Below, piece after piece: positions 1 through 10,732 of a stretch of DNA of 64,000 nt (the stretch's first letter is position 1; each line of letters opens with the position of its first letter). The stretch is from Marsupella aquatica (Eukaryota; Plantae; Marchantiophyta). Both the position numbers and the translations under genes were made by a program. The notes below the pieces were generated by a model, which worked only from the letters and a program-made list of their open reading frames with translations, ran no database searches and had not been told where the DNA came from. The stretch is from positions 13,880,861 to 13,944,860 of the forward strand of contig OZ316892.1 of assembly GCA_973895155.1 (NCBI GenBank), given 5' to 3'.

Positions 1-448
1 ACAATGTCTACTGGACATTCATTTGAATGTCAATAATATCATGCCTTAATATCACCAAACTAAGGCCCCACTGTCTAACTAATATTATATCTTAAATAAA
101 CTAACCAACTAACTAACTTGTCTATTTAATTACTATAGGGTTGAATACAAAAAAAGATTGACACGCACCAGGGTGCGTGACCTACAATCATAGTATCACC
201 CTTTAATTAGTTAGTTTCTATTGCTTTGACTCAATCAGGCATGGAACCATATAAAATCAGAAATCATTGAAAGTTGAGTTCACTTGAAGGTGTAACAATA
301 ATTATTATTTATTAATAGGATTGTTGTATATTACAATGTCTACTGGACATTCATTTGAATGTCAATAATATCATGCCTTAATATCACCAAACTAAGGCCC
401 CACTAACTAATATTATATCTTAAATAAACTAACCAACTAACTAACTTA
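1..448. repeat. Direct tandem duplication, period 332 bp (1-~118 repeated at 333-~448), AT-rich
   Basis: acaatgtctactggacattcatttgaatg...ctaactaact occurs at 1 and 333 nearly identically (one 4-bp indel). Confidence 0.9.
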
Positions 449-541
449 GACGATAAGACTTGTCTAAACTTGAGTTCTCTGGCTACTACTATTCTGAGTT
501 GCCTTTTAAACTGTATGCTAAACTACATGCTTCATTACTGT

Positions 542-1440
542 CTAGGATTTGTCACTTGCTATGCATGTCAAGAGATAGTCTCTTGCCTTGGCAGCAACAT
601 TCTTTGGAATTCCTACCAGCCCTGTCACTGGTCCTTTGCGTGCTTTGAAACACCACAAGGCAGAGGAAACATCTATTGTCTCAGCTTCCTTGTATATTGG
701 AGTTGGATCACGTTCCCATTTTTTATCCCAAGAATCTGCCCACCGCTCTCTTGGCTGCCAGCCTGATTGACCACGTTGCTTCTTTGCCATAAATGGTCTA
801 AACCACTCAACGCCACATACATGAGTAAGAAGGTTTTGTTCATTCACTGGTCCTTCTACCACATCTGTAACAACTAACCCCATATGGACGGGATAAACAT
901 CCAGGTCTGCGTCGTCCGGTCGTACCAACACATAACAGCCCTTCACAACATCAACCCTAGGGTTAAAACTCTCAGGAGGTTTATCTTTTGCTGGTCCCAC
1001 ATAATCCACTGTTGCCTCCAACTCACATGCCACATTTCGATATTCTTGTGGAACGTGCTCTCTCCATATTGATAAAGGCCAAAACCCGTATTCCAAGTTG
1101 TGTGCACCTTCAAGTTCATATTGCACCTGCTCACCCTGTAGAGTATCTACAATGTCATTCCAATAATTGATGAGAGTTGTCCAACGTCGCTTTGGTTCTT
1201 CCTCTTTTGTTCGCTTTAGAATAAACTCAAAGAATGACACATGCTTCTTCAACCCTATCAGCACTTCAGGAAGCATTTTCAACTCCATCATTGGTAGCCG
1301 TTTGGGCACCCCAATTGGGATGTGAGGACTTTTGTCATCTTTCCATGACCACATTTCAATACCTTCCTTGGGTAACCATCCCTGATCAGTTGACTTCATT
1401 TTGTATTGGAAGCATGGCATACTATCAATATATTGGATTA
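542..1440 (-). pseudogene. C-terminal fragment of an unknown, probably transposon-borne protein
   Basis: Open ~300 codons (…FNPRVDVVKGCYVLVRPDDAD…YPVHMGLVV…CGVEWFRP…), intronless, in TE context. The annotated N-terminus (1440-1504) overlaps a plus-strand coding-like tail, suggesting truncation. Confidence 0.5.
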
Positions 1441-1845
1441 TATTGATAAGGCGAATCTTTGGAGGAAAAATGTGACCATTCGTACTCAGGGTAATCCTGA
1501 CCATTTACGAGAGTTTGACGATTTCATGAGAATATTATCAGATAGGAAAGACCGTGAAATGGAAGCCAAAGAAAAGTAAACATTTATTTATAATTCTTAT
1601 TTATACTTTTGACTTTGTGTTGTGAGTGACGCGCCCGGTCGCGTCGCTGTGTGGATTTATTTATATTGTTATGTGAGTATCATGTCGGGTGGCCTGGTTG
1701 AATTGATTGCATAATATGAGAATTGAACTATGGATACATTAGTCACGCGACCGTGCGCGTGTAAACGTTCGTCGTTTACTTATATTTTTAAAATTTGTGT
1801 GTTATGTTTAGGGGTTAATATGATAATCGAATTGTTGATTTACAG

Positions 1846-2552
1846 GAGACTAAGTGGAGCAGATCGCGTCAACTTCTAGTTTTAGGAGTGGAAAACTTTC
1901 TATGTATATTAAGAAATATACTCCTGAGCTCAAGTGGCCTACGGCAATTCGTATCGGATCTCTATGTGTCGTTCCGAGGACATATCTTCATGATTTTCTA
2001 AAATTCTGTTATGATAATTTTGATGTGATGGTTTGGTCTACCCTCGAGGATAAACTGGTTTATCAGATACTTTCAGAAATGTTGTCGATCATGGACCTGT
2101 CGCAACTGAGATATGTTTTCACCCAGGATCATTGCTGGCATCTTGGTTATGTGAAGAAATGTTATAAGAGAGTTGTCTTCAAATCTATGGACAGACTACG
2201 TGATATGTTTCAAGATTATCGACCAGAGAATATAATCCAGATTGATGCCTGTCCATCCCATACATGCCAGACAGGTGTATGTGGATTGTTGTTTACAAAG
2301 ATGTTTCAAGGATTCTTGGATGATGTCTTTTTTAGGGATACTCTCATTCGACATTTACTGAAGCTATCAGATTCCGGGCTTTGTCCTGCGTTCGCTAACA
2401 AGTTGGATTATCCCATCTGGTCGATTAGAAATCTACATCTAGATTGGACTTTGAACGAGGATATATGGGAGCATATGTACGTGCAGAGACATGCTGATCA
2501 AGTTCTTATGAAGTACTTCAACAGACGTCACTTATCAAAGGCCAGAGTGTAG
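1846..2552 (+). pseudogene. FCP1/NIF-like (HAD) phosphatase-domain exon, copy 1, frameshifted near 1906
   Basis: Acceptor tttacag at 1839-1845. Frame A reads ETKWSRSRQLLVLGVENFLC, then the ORF frame reads YIKK…PRTYLHDFLKFCYDNFDVMVWST…VFKSMDRL…ENIIQIDA; the R-x-L-x-x-FL…FDV-x-VWS motif is typical of NIF domains. Confidence 0.7.
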
Positions 2553-2645
2553 AGGATATGTTATTTGTCTGTAAATCCGTGATGCGACTATTTGCGTGGA
2601 AACAGCCACACGGGCTCATTTATCTTGTATTGTGTTTCTCTTCAG

Positions 2646-3335
2646 GAGATACATTGTAGTAGAGAAACTCAGCTCATAGTTTTAGATGTGGAGCATCTAC
2701 TCTGTTACATTGCACCGCATTCCCGACTGATGGCGGTCTCAACTGGAATTCGTATTGGGAATGTATACGTTTTTCCAAGGCCTTATCTTCACAAATTTGT
2801 GAGATTCTGTTTTAAGAATTTTGATGTAGGGATCTGGTCATCTCTGAAGAAGAACCTTTTAGATCAGATTTTAGCGTCTATTTTTACTGCGATGGAAATG
2901 GCCTCATTTAAGTATATTTGGGATGAGTCTCATTGTTACTTATGCGATGGGGCGACCTCAAATAAGCGGATATTTTTGAAGTGTTTTGATAAAGTTGAAA
3001 GTTATACGGAGGCGTATCTGCAAAAAAATATAATGCTTATCGAATCCGATGCATTTCATGCTTGTTTAGATCTTGTTTTTGGATCATTATTTCTGCCCAA
3101 ATATTTTGGGTTGGTCAACGACTGTTTCCTGATTAACGTGTTGATTCCGTATTTTAGCAAGCTTGCAAAATCTTCTGAGCCGCTTCTCGTTGCCAATGGA
3201 AGAGGTTATCCTGATTGGTCAGTTAAATCTCTTTTTAGAGATTATGATTATAATCATACTATATGGGAAGACCCTTTGATTCAGAGGCATGGAGATAGAT
3301 ATCTAGTAGAGCAGTTTAACAGACGCCCAATTTAG
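2646..3335 (+). CDS. FCP1/NIF-like (HAD) phosphatase-domain exon, copy 2, intact frame
   Basis: Acceptor cttcag at 2640-2645, then EIHCSRETQLIVLDVEHLLC…PRPYLHKFVRFCFKNFDVGIWSS…FLKCFDKV…KNIMLIESD. The DxDxT motif is degenerate. Confidence 0.7.
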   Translation, partial: EIHCSRETQLIVLDVEHLLCYIAPHSRLMAVSTGIRIGNVYVFPRPYLHKFVRFCFKNFDVGIWSSLKKNLLDQILASIFTAMEMASFKYIWDESHCYLCDGATSNKRIFLKCFDKVESYTEAYLQKNIMLIESDAFHACLDLVFGSLFLPKYFGLVNDCFLINVLIPYFSKLAKSSEPLLVANGRGYPDWSVKSLFRDYDYNHTIWEDPLIQRHGDRYLVEQFNRRPI

Positions 3336-3475
3336 GACGCTTCCGAAATAATATTCGGCAGGAGAAACCCCCCATTGGTATTATCGTGCTAGAAACTATT
3401 TGTAATCTCCCTAAACGGGTTATCATATATAAAGGATCTCAGAGATTTATTTCTCTATTTTTATTATTCGTTGTC

Positions 3476-3967
3476 TGTTGGTCCCGTCAAGTTGGATTGC
3501 GTCAAATCTTAGTGTTGTTAAAATGTGATGTTGCAGTCATTTTCAGGGTATCACGTGCAGTGACGCGTCATGTCGCCCCCTTTTCTTGTCATTTTTTAAG
3601 CGTGGTAATCGGAAGTGTTGACAAGCAATTGCTGTCATATTAAAATAATAATATTTAGGTATTTTTGGAATTTCCAAAGTTCGGTTTTCCTTAAATTGGG
3701 GTTTCTAGGGCTAACCACACTTAGGCTAACTCAGGTTAGGATTTAGCTTAGGTTAGCAGTGATGCATGCTATATAAAACCACGGCTGATGCCAGCCCCTG
3801 GTGGATCTTCAGTTCATTGTTGGAGTGGAGCAAGAGAGAAGTAAAAGTTTCTTGCTTTCCTATGGACATAGCCTCAATCGTGAGGTGAACCATGTACTCG
3901 TTGTGTCAACTACTTTGTATGGTGTTCACGTGTGTATGGTGTCTCGGGATAAGGATTATCCCCAACA
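3476..3967 (+). mobile_element. 5' LTR of a Ty1/copia-type retrotransposon
   Basis: TGTTGG…CCAACA terminal inverted 6-mer, internal TATA (ctatataaaa ~3769), followed directly by a PBS. Left boundary is inferred. Confidence 0.7.
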
Positions 3968-3969
3968 AG

Positions 3970-3981
3970 TGGTATCAGAGC
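3970..3981 (+). other. Primer-binding site complementary to tRNA-iMet 3' end
   Basis: TGGTATCAGAGC, 2 nt after the LTR-terminal CA. Confidence 0.9.
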
Positions 3982-4277
3982 ATGCCTGGGAGGTGACACT
4001 GTGGTGACAAGAATTTCTTGTGTAGTTGACTGTTTGAAGATCCCGGGAGTTTTCGTCGCATGAAACTTGTTAGTGGTGGGCTCATCCGGATAGATCACTG
4101 GATCCGATCCGCTGTTAGAAAGCTTTCTAACAGCGGTTCAAAATCATTGATCGGATTTCTAAGTGAGGAGTAATCGCAGAGAACATTTTTCTATGGAGTT
4201 TCGTGTTCGACGGTATTTTTTGTGGAAGAGACTAGAGTTCATTTTTTGCAACGGTGTGAGCTGTGCGGTGCGGGAGG

Positions 4278-5418
4278 TGTGGTAAGTAGAACAACATCAT
4301 ATTTATATGAACTAGCTCTAAAACACCAAGATTTGTTCCCGTAAGGAATAAGTAAAACAATTTACTCAGGTTTTATATGATTCAAAATCCTAAAGCGATT
4401 TCTTTACTGTTTTGGTCACAGAATCCTGAAACTATTTTTATGTTACAAATCCTACAATGAATTTCCTTAGGCTCTCCTTCTCAATAGATAAATGAGTTTT
4501 ATTTTCTCTTCAACTCCTTATACACCAATGGTGATTGGTTTTATGTTGTAATGGTCAATACAATTCCCTCATTTACTATATTTCAAAGACTTGCCTTATT
4601 CATTCATTCAGTTCTATTCTCTATCTCTAATTCATACATCCAAAACTTGAATGCTTAAATTAATGCATGAAATGCTTGAATTCAATTTAGATGATGGTGC
4701 AATTCTCCTTTATTTGATTCTCTCTCCTAAGCCCAATTTGGCATGAGAGAAAGACCCACAACTTGGTCAAAAATCAATGTGGAAGAAAAGACATAAGAAT
4801 TTTGCTTGGAAGTCCAAATATAGGCTCCCTTGATGGCTTGAGATGCCAAAAGATTCCTAAAGGATTAAGACCTATTCCTATCTAATCATGGGGACTTAAA
4901 AAGGTGAGATAACTAAGACCTTTTGAAATCTAAATTCCTAAGGGTGACTAAATGAGTCACTTGGTATCCTATTCCTACTTAACTAATGCAAAAGCTCAAA
5001 TAAGGGAAAGAGGTGTAAAAACAATTTAGAAGGCAAGTGCCAAAATATCCCAGAGAATCGGTTTGAGATATTTTCAACTTCTTTGGTTTTGTTGGCTACA
5101 AAATTCTTCATGTAGCCCTTTCCAATAGCTTTCCAACAAGCCTAAAAGCTCATTCATCCAACATCAGGTCAACCCACAACGGTCATTCAAAGTTACCGTA
5201 GAAAACACAAAGCGATTCTTCAACTCTAAAGCGATATTTTCTCCGGTTTTCTTCCAAAGCGATATTTTGCTGAAAGCAATTCTTCAGTCAAAACTCAATC
5301 TTTTTCAACTTCTTCCAAAACTTTCTTTTAAGGATCACAATGGGTTCAAGGAGATTGCTTTAAATTAGCTCCAATTGATGTCAGTCAAAAACTTTAAAAT
5401 TTTATCAGTTTGACCACA
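4278..5418. mobile_element. LTR-like insertion (~1.14 kb) nested in the copia leader
   Basis: TGTGGT…ACCACA inverted ends and an abrupt switch to AT-rich composition; leader-like sequence resumes after it. No target-site duplication found. Confidence 0.45.
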
Positions 5419-6299
5419 TATCTCCATATTGCCATTCCACAAGAGGCGTCGCATGTTATAGCTCAAGTTGAAGGTTGAAGCGAGCTGGTTGTTTCGGTAC
5501 CTGGTTTGTTGGCACTTGTGGAGCGAGTGTGTCGTGACAAGTGAAAGTTGAGTTCTGGTTTATGGTGCTTGTTTTTCCCTGAATCGGATTACACATCGTG
5601 GCGCTTGACTTGGAGGAAGAAACGCGACGTGCTTGGGCTCAACGGTGAGATCACGGCAAAGCGGTTGTTTTGAGTCCAGGATTGGCACTTGAGGTGGAGA
5701 GAGTGTGACGTGACAAAGGTCTTTACTCTGCTGAGCTTCGAGACTGTATCGGTGTAATTGGACGACTTTTCCCATCGGCGGTGTTCAATTTCCTTGTGTA
5801 AATTGGCGGTGCCAAGGTGTGTAATTGGCATTTTTTACTTAATTGTTGAATTTTTTTATTTAAGGGGGGTTTTGGTGTGTGTGTGTATACACACCTCTTT
5901 ACCCCCGCCGGCCCAGCACCCCCTCACACCCTCGTTTGAACCCTGTATCAATGTGTGTATGGGGTATGCAATGCACCCCGACCCATTTACGCCCACATAC
6001 CCCCTTGTGACGGGGTCCCGCCACGGTAAGTCACCATTAGTGTCACCAGCAAGACACCTGTACATAAATAAGCCCATAGACGCGAGTTTTTTAATGTTCT
6101 TTAAGTTTGTAAAGTTTTTTAAAGCATCTTGGGATAGTCGGAGACCCCAACAGTTTTGTCTAGACCCGGGGTAATTATGGGGCAAAACCTGGGGGGGTTT
6201 AAAATCGTGACTTTCCGGGAAGGTAAGGAAGTCTAGGAAATAAGCATTTTTAATTTTTTGGTAACACCCCTTCTAAGGCAACACTCAGGCAGGACTGGA

Positions 6300-6910
6300 G
6301 GAGTATGGGGGGGTTTAATTAACCCCCATTAAATCCTTCCGCGAGTGGGCAGCGAGAGAGCCGGGCCTTAAAGAGTATGAGGGGATCCATAAGGGGCAGC
6401 CCTGGAGCTGCCATGTGGAATACCCATAAGGGGCTCCGCGAGTGACCGGGAAGGAGGGCCGCGAGCTCCGCGAGGGCGGGAGCTGCTGCGAGCTGCCGCA
6501 AGTAAGGAGTATGGGGGGTTTTAAAATAAATCCCTCCTAAGGAGGTCCGCGAGCTGCCGAGAGGGCAAGGGCTGCCAGGAGCGCGAGCCCGCACGGACGC
6601 GAGCTGCTGCGCGAGCGGGGGTGTCCGCGAGTGAGCCAGGGGGCAGGGAGCCGGCCGGCAGCAGGACTAGGGGATATTAGGGCAGCCGCGTGGCAGGGGG
6701 CGAGCGAGCCCTGCATAGGGCCGCGAGCCGGCACGAACGCGAGCTGCGGGAGGAGGGGGAAATTAAAACCCCCTTAAGGGGCTCCGCGAGTGACCGGGCA
6801 GGGGGGCCGCGAGCCCGCACGAACGTGAGCTGCGAGGAAGGGGGACTCGCGCGAGTCAGGACAAAGGAGGGCTCCGGGGCGCAAGGCGAAAAGCTGCTCC
6901 CGGGAAGGGT
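6300..6910. repeat. GC/CpG-rich degenerate repeat block (CCGCGAG / GCGAGCT motifs, GGGGGTTTTAA spacers)
   Basis: aaggggctccgcgagtgaccggg at ~6428 and ~6776, plus many ccgcgag copies. Confidence 0.8.
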
Positions 6911-7238
6911 TTCGTTGTTTTTTTTTTCTCTCCCCTCTTTTCTCCTTTTCACACGACCCTTCTCTTGCCGAAAGCAAACTCGAGTTTCTCTCTCTTATTG
7001 CCGAAAGCTTTCTCCTTATGTTACAATTATTTGAGCTCTCTCTCCAATTCTTCTCAAGGCTCACTCATGGGGGATTGCGGGGACTGTCCTGGCATTAATG
7101 ACAACAACATGGAGTGACGACGGAGGGGATTGAGTGAAATAAATTAATCGGGCTACGGGGGCTGTTTCGGGCCAGGGAATTGACATTGCTACGGGTGACA
7201 GGATTTGGTGATTGAGGATTTGATTTCGGGATGCATGA

Positions 7239-8948
7239 ATGCTAGATCAACCGGAGTTTAGTGTGGCACACATTCGGAGATACAAGGCTGCTTACCGTGA
7301 CTATGTGGAGACTTTGATTGCAAGGGAGAGAGAAGAGAGAGAAGCTACGATGAGCACGGGATTGGCAGCAGGTTCCACACCGGTGGGTAGGAGGATTTTT
7401 AGTCAAATTTATCCCAAGACCTCCGCCAAGGTGATGGAGGATTGTCGGAATATTTTCCAAGCCACCGGGGTTACAGAATTCATGAAGGTGGAGATTACCA
7501 TCCCTCCGGGGAAGAGCTGGGACATTGAAGCTGGGATGGAGTTACGAACGGAGGGAATCTACTTTGAATGTCTCAAACGTGTAGTGCCCCATGTGGAGTT
7601 GGCTAGGCTGCTGTTTCTGGAGAATCAGAAATTCTCATTCACACCTTGGCACATTAGGGGAGAACTCACGTTGAAGATGGTGGCCACTTGGGTGATTAAT
7701 CCCACCTCCACCACTGCCATCCCTCTTTCCGCTGTCAAGGATGTTGAGTATAAGGGATTCCTGGCCAAGGTTCATCAACGGGTCCTTGGCAACGTGCAAT
7801 CCAGGGTGGTGAATGAAGAGCATTTCGTGGTAGCTATGGACATCAAGAACCACCCAGCCCATGTGTACGGATGGTGGTACTACTGGTTGAAGAAGCTGTT
7901 GGCCGTTGATCCCGGGAGTGTGAAACCAGGTGGGGCTGTACATTTGATGGGGTCATTTGTATTGGCCAGGGCAGAAGGGTTGATTGGTTCCCCGGGACAC
8001 GAAGACACGGGATCATCTCTCACCACGGAGATCCGGAGTATTGCCACTACTGTTTTAGGGAAGCTCACGGAGGAATCATCGTCGGCTGGTGGGGATGACG
8101 ATAGAGGAGAAGAAAACCAGGATGAGGACTACACGTTGGAGTGGCTTGAATCACTCGTGGGAGATCTGAAAAAGCCCCTGGTCTACAACATTCCGGATGT
8201 TTACCTGGCAGAGCTACGGGATTTCAGAGAGGGAGTCCATGAGGGACTCAAGCTAGTCCACGCATTGAGAGATTCTCTCAAGCACGCCACAGCCAGAGTA
8301 GAGACGTTAGAGCAAAGTACCCTGTCTCTGAAGGAGGTGATCAAGGCCAAGGAGGGGACCATTCATGAGAAGGTTAAGCTTCTCCAAGCAGCTCACGTAG
8401 AGATCTCCAACTTGAAGGGAGCCTTGTCCACCAAGGCCAAGGAAGCAGAAGAGGTGGGAGCGTTGAGACAAGCATTGGCCAAAGAGAAGCAGAATTCTGG
8501 AGAAGTGGTGGAGTGGAGAAACCAGGTGGGAGCACTACGAGGTCAGATGGCCGCCTTTGAGACACGAGCAAAGAGGAGTGAGGCCTTGAGTCTGGGGAAA
8601 CGGAAGAGCCCCGACACACCTAGCTCCACACTTTCCCCGGATTTGATCTCCCAGGCTATTGAGATGGTGGTGAAGGAGGTTAGTGGGAAGTATGGGCCCT
8701 TGTTGGATGGAGCCAAGAAGAGTCAGGAGAAGAGCAAGGGCTTGGAGAAGAAGCTCCGGGAGGTATGGAAATCGTTACGGGAGGCTCAGGTCAGTACGGG
8801 GATGCCACCCAGGTCTGTCACCCCCGGGACTCCCATGGCCACAGGGCAAGTTCTACCGTTGGAGTTGCGGTCCGGAGAAGAGGCTACCTATGGAAGGACA
8901 CCATTGGTGAGGGGTACATCAAGGCGTGGCAGGCCTTGGCCACTTTGA
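7239..8948 (+). CDS. Intronless 569-aa TE-associated protein (globular N-domain, acidic linker, coiled coil); true C-terminus may continue by frameshift to 9091
   Basis: Long uninterrupted ORF with a heptad-like E/K/L/A-rich region. The overlapping frame 8765-9091 ends in PVKKKKS and an acidic tail. Confidence 0.7.
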   Translation: MLDQPEFSVAHIRRYKAAYRDYVETLIAREREEREATMSTGLAAGSTPVGRRIFSQIYPKTSAKVMEDCRNIFQATGVTEFMKVEITIPPGKSWDIEAGMELRTEGIYFECLKRVVPHVELARLLFLENQKFSFTPWHIRGELTLKMVATWVINPTSTTAIPLSAVKDVEYKGFLAKVHQRVLGNVQSRVVNEEHFVVAMDIKNHPAHVYGWWYYWLKKLLAVDPGSVKPGGAVHLMGSFVLARAEGLIGSPGHEDTGSSLTTEIRSIATTVLGKLTEESSSAGGDDDRGEENQDEDYTLEWLESLVGDLKKPLVYNIPDVYLAELRDFREGVHEGLKLVHALRDSLKHATARVETLEQSTLSLKEVIKAKEGTIHEKVKLLQAAHVEISNLKGALSTKAKEAEEVGALRQALAKEKQNSGEVVEWRNQVGALRGQMAAFETRAKRSEALSLGKRKSPDTPSSTLSPDLISQAIEMVVKEVSGKYGPLLDGAKKSQEKSKGLEKKLREVWKSLREAQVSTGMPPRSVTPGTPMATGQVLPLELRSGEEATYGRTPLVRGTSRRGRPWPL

Positions 8949-10732
8949 GGAAGCAAGGTAGCGGCAGCACGAAGAGTACCCCGGTAAAGAAGAAGAAAAG
9001 TGAGGTGGCACTCACTCCCGTGAGTGATGAAGAGGAGGCCCACTCACGGGGCACAAGCCAGGGCACCGAGAGTGAAGAAGAGGAGGAGTAGATAGTCGTA
9101 CGGATGTGGTTGTACGGCCTCTGGATTTCCAAATTTTTTGGATGGGGTCACTCACTGGCTTGTTGGAAAGAGCTCGCGGAGCTGATTCCAACAAGAGGCG
9201 GCGCTCCTCAAACGGAGCCAGGATGAGCAAGTTATGGCCCGACGAAATTGTGTTTTCGTGATACGGAAATGACCATAACTCAGGCGTCCGATGTCCGTTG
9301 CGAGTGCGGCTGAGTGATTCGGGATCAGGAGAAGAAGGGCTATCCAAGGGTGAGCTCAAAAGTATAATTGATAGGGCACCTAGTTTCGGCCATTGTGGGG
9401 TGCCTTGCACTTTCAGGGTTCACGGAGTACAGTTGGGGCGCCGTCGAAGGGCGCCGTCGAAGGCACCATCGGCCCCTTGTTTAGGGTTTAGGATTTTAGC
9501 AGCATGTGTGTGTCGCATGCCTTTTTAGTTTAGGGATTTCTTAGTGCAGGGTTTTAGCGGCGCCGCTAGGGTAGCCGCCATCGTTGTGACCCCATGAGGG
9601 GTGCTTTGGTGTGGTTTTTCGGTATTTAGGGGGAGAGCCCCGAAGTAGTTAGGGGGGAACTCGGTCTAGTGTTTGTTTGAGGGAAGTTGTCTAGCAGCCC
9701 GAAGAGGGAATTCAGCCAGAGTAGTGAGGTGACAGCATGGTATTGTCCCAGGGAGGCAGGAGTTGGGCAGACGGCAGGAGGCCGGGTTGTCCTTGCAATG
9801 TATACGATTGTTCACCAAAAGATATGGATTTGGTTGGATTCCTGAATTTTGGGTGTGGTGTTCTCTCTCTTGTTGCACGGTTGTGTTCTTCCCCTAGCAT
9901 GAATGTTTAGAGAAACTCGTATGGTTTGGTCGACCCTGTGAGTGGGAGAGTGGTGACAGCACTTTGCCAAAGACTAGGAGGAGTAGGAATAGGACAGTCC
10001 ACGGGACTTGATCAAAAGCGGAGTGCACGTATAGTCGGTAGACTTGATCAAAAAATACATTTCCAGGAGCGGAAACGAATCTACTCATCCTTAGTGAGAA
10101 GTTACTCTGTATAGCGTCCCTCCACGTCCCCGTCATACAATACAAACGATTATTAGTAGAAACTCAACAGTATTTGATGTGTTAATCGTTTGATAAGCAG
10201 ATGACACCCCTCCCACTCCCCATGTACCAGGTTACGGCCGCAGCCTCCTCCCTCCCTCGCCGGTTGTTGCCCACACTCCGCCCCTCCTCGATCAGCCCTG
10301 CCCCTCCCTTCAGCCCCGACTAGTCGCCCCGCCCGTCCCTCGCACCTGCTGTAGTCGCCGGCCTGACCCTCCGGCAATCAGGAAGATGCGGCTAAGGCCG
10401 CCCTTGCGCCTAGCCTGTACACGACAGTGACCCCGACATCCACCCCTCCGCCCCCGCTTGACGTCCTGGACACCCCCTGGCCCAACACACGTCGTGCAAC
10501 GCATGTGCGCATTTTAGGGCATATTTTTGTTGAGGGGCCTTAAAACCCCCTTTTAGGGCCAATTTTTGTTTTTTCCTCTTGGCTCTCCTTATTGGTTGCC
10601 CCGGGCCCAGTGACCCTCCGTTTTAACCGTTTGGACAGGGGGAACGGCCCCTTGTGAGACCTGCCAGACTGTGCGAGAATATTCTCAACAAATAAAGAGC
10701 TGTTTTTTGGCTGAGGAGACGGCCCGGTGTTA

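Larger units (their letters stand above)
5860..10730. mobile_element. Unclassified GC-rich insertion inside the copia element, carrying one long ORF
   Basis: Composition shift at both ends and copia sequence on both sides. Contains a CCGCGAG repeat block, a 569-aa ORF and a TG…CA segment at 9585-10207 abutting a pyrimidine tract. Confidence 0.55.

Noticed and set aside
1-3400. Giant-virus (NCLDV) insertion suggested by dense ORFs and NIF domains
   Set aside because: No viral hallmark genes are visible and the exons carry spliceosomal acceptors; a TE cassette is more parsimonious
6319-7064. Several Ala/Pro/Arg-rich ORFs
   Set aside because: Artefacts of a stop-poor GC-rich repeat
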